Made by a program: the position numbers and the translations under genes
NCBI GenBank assembly: GCA_018985225.1
Contig: JADGIF010000262.1
Location: 1-12,431, forward strand
Direction: 5' to 3'
From: Amoeboradix gromovi X-113
Lineage: Eukaryota > Fungi > Sanchytriomycota
Length of the DNA: 12,431 nucleotides
Shown here: positions 8,195 through 12,431 of the stretch, in pieces
Position numbering within the stretch: the first letter of the stretch is position 1
Layout of the letters: every line of letters starts with the position of its first letter
Notes under the pieces: model-generated
The model's database searches: none
Told to the model about the DNA's origin: nothing
The model's input: the letters and a program-made list of their open reading frames with translations, nothing else

Positions 8195-8392
8195 GCGACG
8201 TTGCTGTTTGTGAACTGTACGACTTGAATTATTTAATCAGTAATCCTCGATAATAAATTCATATTTGTAAATACATGTGAGTTGGACTGAAACGACTTTT
8301 AAGCTCTCTATTAATTTGTATTCAAGTCGAAATTTGGCTGTTTTTACGCCAACCATACTTGTAGTCTCTTTTGCCCCGAAATATAAAACAAA

Positions 8393-9769
8393 ATGTTCAG
8401 GCGATTTCAGTCTTTTGTTCAACAATGGTCTACACCAAAATCTGGTCCTCAATTTAAAGTTGGCACGTCAAATGGATTTCTACCCCGTCAGCATCCAATC
8501 TTGTCAACTCGTTTTGATGAGTTAAATGAGTTGTTGGACGAGATGCCTATTGTTAAAACCAATGGTAAACCTGGACTACTGAGTAATAATCAGTTTGGTA
8601 AAGCTACCCAGCACCTTCCAGAGTATGATTTAAGTAAGGTTAATGATAGTCAAGACTTGATGGCTTTGTTTAGAGACTACACTTTTGTAGCCAGTGCATA
8701 TTTATTGGAAGAATGTGACATAAGCATGAGAAAGAACGGGTACTATGGACAAGGTAGACCTAAACTTCCCCGTAATATAGCTGTACCACTAAGTGTGATA
8801 GCTAAAAAGATTAACCAGAGACCATTCATGGAATATGCACAGTCTTATGCACTATACAACTACAAACTGATCGATAAGCATGGAAATTTGGGATATGAGA
8901 ACCTTAAATTAATCAGAGCTTTTACAAATGAGCAAAGTGAGGCCGGGTTTATATTGACACATGTAGCTATGGTTCAATATACACCAGACTTGGTCAAACA
9001 AACCTGCTCAGTACTGGATGCAGTTAGAATCAACGATCGCGATTTATTTAATTCAGCATTGACTGATTTGAAATTTGTTTTGTTACAAATAAACGTTGAA
9101 ATGGAAACCATGTGGTCTGCCAGTAAACCTGAAGATTATAGTCGATTCAGAACTTTTATATTCGGAACCAAAGATCAGAAAGAATTATTTCCAAATGGGG
9201 TAATCTATGAAGGAGTTGATGGAAATAAGCATTTTTATCGAGGAGAAAGTGGAGCTAATGATTCTATAATACCTACTATGGATAATTTATTAGAATTGAC
9301 CAAAGAAATGCCAAATAATCCGTTGACTATGATTTTGCAGGATTTTAGAAGTTACCGACCAATTGGACATAACGAGTGGTTGAAATGGGTTGATGAGAAG
9401 AGCAAGTCATTAAAAGTGAGAGAATACGCAAGCGAAGACCCGCTAAGCTTGTTACTTTACGTGGAAATATTGGATCAGGTGAGAGATTTTAGACATCGGC
9501 ATTGGAACTTTACCAAAGAGTACATTCTGAAGTACAGCAATCACCCGGTAGCTACAGGAGGATCACCGATTGTAACATGGCTACCAAATCAGTTGAGCGT
9601 CGTACTGGATGTCATCCGCGAAGTATGCGCAATTGTGCAGTCAAAAACTAGCGATTCAGGGATACTGATTAGACTCGAGAAGCACTTGGATAAGGCTAAG
9701 GTGCAAAAACGGGCATTGGACAAAGATGTGGAAAGCTTGAGTAAGAAATTTAACAATAAATCTGCTTAA
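8393..9769 (+). CDS. Indoleamine 2,3-dioxygenase family protein (fungal IDO-gamma-like)
   Basis: PFMEYAQSYALYNY, EAGFILTHVAM, FRTFIFG, RGESGANDSIIP, DFRSYRP, FRHRHWNFTKEYI (proximal His) and ATGGSPIVTWLPNQL. The ORF is 458 aa and uninterrupted. Confidence 0.9.
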   Translation: MFRRFQSFVQQWSTPKSGPQFKVGTSNGFLPRQHPILSTRFDELNELLDEMPIVKTNGKPGLLSNNQFGKATQHLPEYDLSKVNDSQDLMALFRDYTFVASAYLLEECDISMRKNGYYGQGRPKLPRNIAVPLSVIAKKINQRPFMEYAQSYALYNYKLIDKHGNLGYENLKLIRAFTNEQSEAGFILTHVAMVQYTPDLVKQTCSVLDAVRINDRDLFNSALTDLKFVLLQINVEMETMWSASKPEDYSRFRTFIFGTKDQKELFPNGVIYEGVDGNKHFYRGESGANDSIIPTMDNLLELTKEMPNNPLTMILQDFRSYRPIGHNEWLKWVDEKSKSLKVREYASEDPLSLLLYVEILDQVRDFRHRHWNFTKEYILKYSNHPVATGGSPIVTWLPNQLSVVLDVIREVCAIVQSKTSDSGILIRLEKHLDKAKVQKRALDKDVESLSKKFNNKSA

Positions 9770-10296
9770 AGATTATACACTTGTGCTTCAACGATAGATT
9801 TCTCTTGGGAGAATATCTTAATAAGATATGCTTGTACTGCGTTCGATGCTTGATTTCTTTGAAACGCGGTGAATTTGTTTTTCTATTTACTGAATTCCTA
9901 TATCTTTGACAAATGGTTTTAATAAGTATTTCAGTTTGGTATATTTTTCATGCTGTGTGCGAAGTCTTCTGGAATTGTAAATTATGACAACGGCACCAAC
10001 CGTAAGTGTTAAAAATGCGAAGATCAAAGTTGTAACTAGTTGCAAGATAAATGGAAGACTAGAAATCTTTTGATTTGATTCCAAAATCTGAAATAAGACT
10101 AAACTTCATTAAAGGGTCGCCTTAATATTCTTCAAAAGATTCTTTCAGAAGTGAATTCATCAACAGCTTATAAAATTTCAATGCTTTATTCACTTTGGCC
10201 ATCAAGTGCTCTTTTTCTGTTATACTCTATAGAGAAGAAGCATATTTCATGAGAATCGGAAAAAATTTACTTTGCTGCTATGACACATGCCTCATA

Positions 10297-10349
10297 CTCG
10301 TTAAAAGTCCTGATTTCCAAGAAAATCGAGAATTTCCAAAGAGAAACTA
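10297..10349 (-). repeat. Fanzor2 terminal-only copy E (53 bp)
   Basis: CTCGTTAAAAGTCCTGATTTCCAAGAAAATCGAGAATTTCCAAAGAGAAACTA is nearly identical to the termini of C and F, and the similarity stops abruptly. Confidence 0.85.
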
Positions 10350-11170
10350 TTGGGATACAGCTGGTGAATATTCGACAACGAGAAACATAAACAATTAGTT
10401 AAGAGTCATCTTTTGCAACCGAGATACGCTCTTGCCTTTTTATGTTTTCAGAATGAATTTTTTAGAAACTAATCGTTAAAATTTAATTATCCTATTAATT
10501 GGGTCTCATTTTTTACTTTTTACTCATGATAAATGTAGCTTCAGGTTCTTTTCATAAGAAATCCTAGTTTCCTAAATAATCAAGAATTTTCACCTAGTGA
10601 CTAATAATTCTAGTCGCTTAGTTGTAGTGTTTGCTTATTCTTGCACTACACTGAAGTTGGAGTGAATAAGTATATGGCACACAATTTCAGAACATGTCAC
10701 CAACTCTAAGTCGGAGGACCTCCTGGAAAGATTTGTCAGTGCCATATCGCCATTTTCAATATAAAAAATGCATTGGCAATATCTCTTTCAAAATAAGTTG
10801 GCTGACTAACATTTGACCATATGTTGCAATATCTCCACCAATAACCATTTTCATATTCTGTCTTGATGTTTGTAACGTCTTCTTGTTCGCAGTCAATCTC
10901 TACTTATTCCTGAAAAACTTCCTTATCTGATGACATGAAGATGTCGGATTCCTAGTGCGGGTTTTCGATGTTCCTCCTATTTACAAATGAGGACAAGAGA
11001 ATCGGGGAAACGCCGACTTGGCGTAAATCAAAGCTAGCTTAAATTTTCACAAAATAATAAATTGAGGTCACGAAATAGCAAGCAACCAATTTAGCGACTC
11101 GGTACCAATCGATAGGTAAGAAAATCCTAGTAGCCATTATAAAACGAAACAATAACTCCATAATTACAGA

Positions 11171-11593
11171 ATGAAAATGAACTTAGTATTTGTACTACTC
11201 AGTGTTGAAGCTGCTCCAAAAAATAATCGGGAGAATGCCTGGGTGTATTGTCAAGGCGTAAATGACACTTACCAGCAGGCTTCACAGAATGATGGTAACT
11301 TTTTCAGAAATGCAGGACTATGCTATACCTATTGCACAGAGACTGATTGGAAAGAATTCACCTATTGGAAGTTTGAAAATTGCATGGGCGAGAATCGTCA
11401 AAACACAGATAGCACGGAAAAGGATCATAAAAAATATTGCTCTACTATTAAAGCTACTTTCAAAAACTCAGTGCAGAGGAAAGGCGAGAGTTTTTCAAGC
11501 ATTGAAAAATGTGATAAACAGTGCATAAATGCTGACAAATGGAAGTCATACAAGTATAGATCTTACAAAACTTGCATGGAAAGCAATAAGTAA
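11171..11593 (+). CDS. Small secreted cysteine-rich protein with two tandem 4-Cys modules
   Basis: Signal-like MKMNLVFVLLSVEA/AP. Cys at 27, 51, 55, 71 and 90, 114, 118, 135 (C-x23-C-x3-C-x15/16-C). A TATAAAA lies ~30 bp upstream. Confidence 0.75.
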   Translation: MKMNLVFVLLSVEAAPKNNRENAWVYCQGVNDTYQQASQNDGNFFRNAGLCYTYCTETDWKEFTYWKFENCMGENRQNTDSTEKDHKKYCSTIKATFKNSVQRKGESFSSIEKCDKQCINADKWKSYKYRSYKTCMESNK

Positions 11594-11802
11594 ATCTATT
11601 TCATTACTACTCTAAACACAATTGAAATAATTGAGACCTTATCGTATAAAAACAAGACCCACTATTTGCAAATACAGATCTTGTAAAATTAAATAATGTT
11701 AGACATGTTCGACACCATGTACTGCAGAATTAGGATGGCTTATCTCAAAATTTTGCAAATATGGGCGGTATTTCCAATCAGAATAATGTTTTCATGTATT
11801 CA

Positions 11803-12300
11803 CTCCTCGTTAAAAGTCCTGATTTCTGAGAAAATCGAGAATTTTCACAGAGAAACTAGAAACGCTAGATACACTGTTCCGGTGATTGCTCACGCTTGGA
11901 CTACCCTTGGGCGGGATTGAATAAGGATGAAGATACTTGATGTATATGTTCCTTGCTGCCATATGATCTCTATCTATCTATCTTCAAATGACAATTGGTA
12001 CAGGTGCAAGTTTCTAAGTTGGTTTTCTTAAGAGTACCACACCTTGTACATGTCTAACTAGTAAATGATTCATTACATTCAACCATCGCCTTTCCTCTTT
12101 GTTTGCACTTGAACTTCAAGCGTTCTTTGAATGAATTGTACAGATGTCTCTTTCCTGGCGTCGAAAGACATCTAATTCTTCCATATTTCGACCAGTTACT
12201 CAGTACTGATGAATGTGTGCTGTACCTGCTAGTTATTTCTTTAGAATTGATTTACCATTTGCAAAAAGAATTTCAAGTCTTTAAGCCGTTAGAAAAATGT
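11803..12300 (-). mobile_element. Non-autonomous IS607-like Fanzor2 element, copy F
   Basis: The minus strand reads SKEITSRYSTHSSVLSNWSKYGRIRCLSTPGKRHLYN (IS607 TnpA MerR-like HTH) in frame with FKERLKFKCKQRGKAMVECNESFTS*TCTRCGTLKKTNLETCTCTNCHLKID. After a 4-bp GATA slippage it continues RDHMAARNIYIK...LRNQDF* (stop at 11810-11812). It has the shared terminus. Confidence 0.88.
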
Positions 12301-12431
12301 GAATTTCTTAAATAAATCATAGTTCTCTTCAATTTCATTGGCGTATTTTATAAGACATTTAGTGATACGAATAACACCATTTAAAGGATATTAGCGACCT
12401 CTTCTTGGAACGCAACTGTTGATGAAGAATG

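Noticed and set aside
6424-8525. Short ORFs 6424-6651, 8237-8452 and 8277-8525
   Set aside because: They overlap better-supported CDSs and have no motifs.
9813-9829. Palindrome ATATCTTA-A-TAAGATAT after the IDO stop
   Set aside because: It is AT-rich and plausible by chance, and bacterial-type terminators are not expected here.
9887-10084. 65-aa ORF with one hydrophobic segment
   Set aside because: It has a TTG start, no in-frame ATG and no convincing splice solution. It could be a gene fragment but is unsupported.
102-11860. CRISPR array
   Set aside because: The repeats are dispersed at kb scale in both orientations, with no regular spacers, in a eukaryotic gene context.
10195-12315. ORFs 10195-10398, 11262-11528, 11696-11920 and 12103-12315
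   Set aside because: They are antisense readings through element copies or an alternate frame of the Cys-rich gene.
12340-12431. Possible further TnpA fragment (CTGTTGATGAAGAATG) at the window edge
   Set aside because: The similarity is too short, and the region is truncated by the window end.

Overview
AT-rich, apparently intron-free eukaryotic DNA. The G-gamma, Rib2-type deaminase and IDO genes look fungal, and an early-diverging fungus is inferred. A compact housekeeping block (G-protein gamma subunit, Rib2-type pyrimidine deaminase, IDO-family dioxygenase; 7426-9769) is surrounded by repeat-rich DNA. That DNA holds an arrestin-fold gene, a Pro/Ser-rich GPI-type surface protein, a probably secreted multi-module Ulp1/C48-like cysteine protease, and a small secreted two-repeat Cys-rich protein. 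The main hidden signal is a dispersed family of non-autonomous IS607-like Fanzor2 (eukaryotic TnpB) elements, with seven right-end copies in 12.4 kb (A 102, B 1366, B' 1421, C 4322, D ~6873, E 10297, F 11803). Three copies (A, C, F) keep an IS607 TnpA HTH fragment joined by internal deletions to a Fanzor C-terminus (ExxTSxTCxxCG zinc ribbon, RDHMAARNI RuvC-III). All seven keep the terminal segment expected to encode the omegaRNA, each with a different flank. Two diverged copies sit just upstream of host ORFs and read into them. Decayed PIF1-type helicase remnants are also present. All family assignments come from motif recognition by eye.
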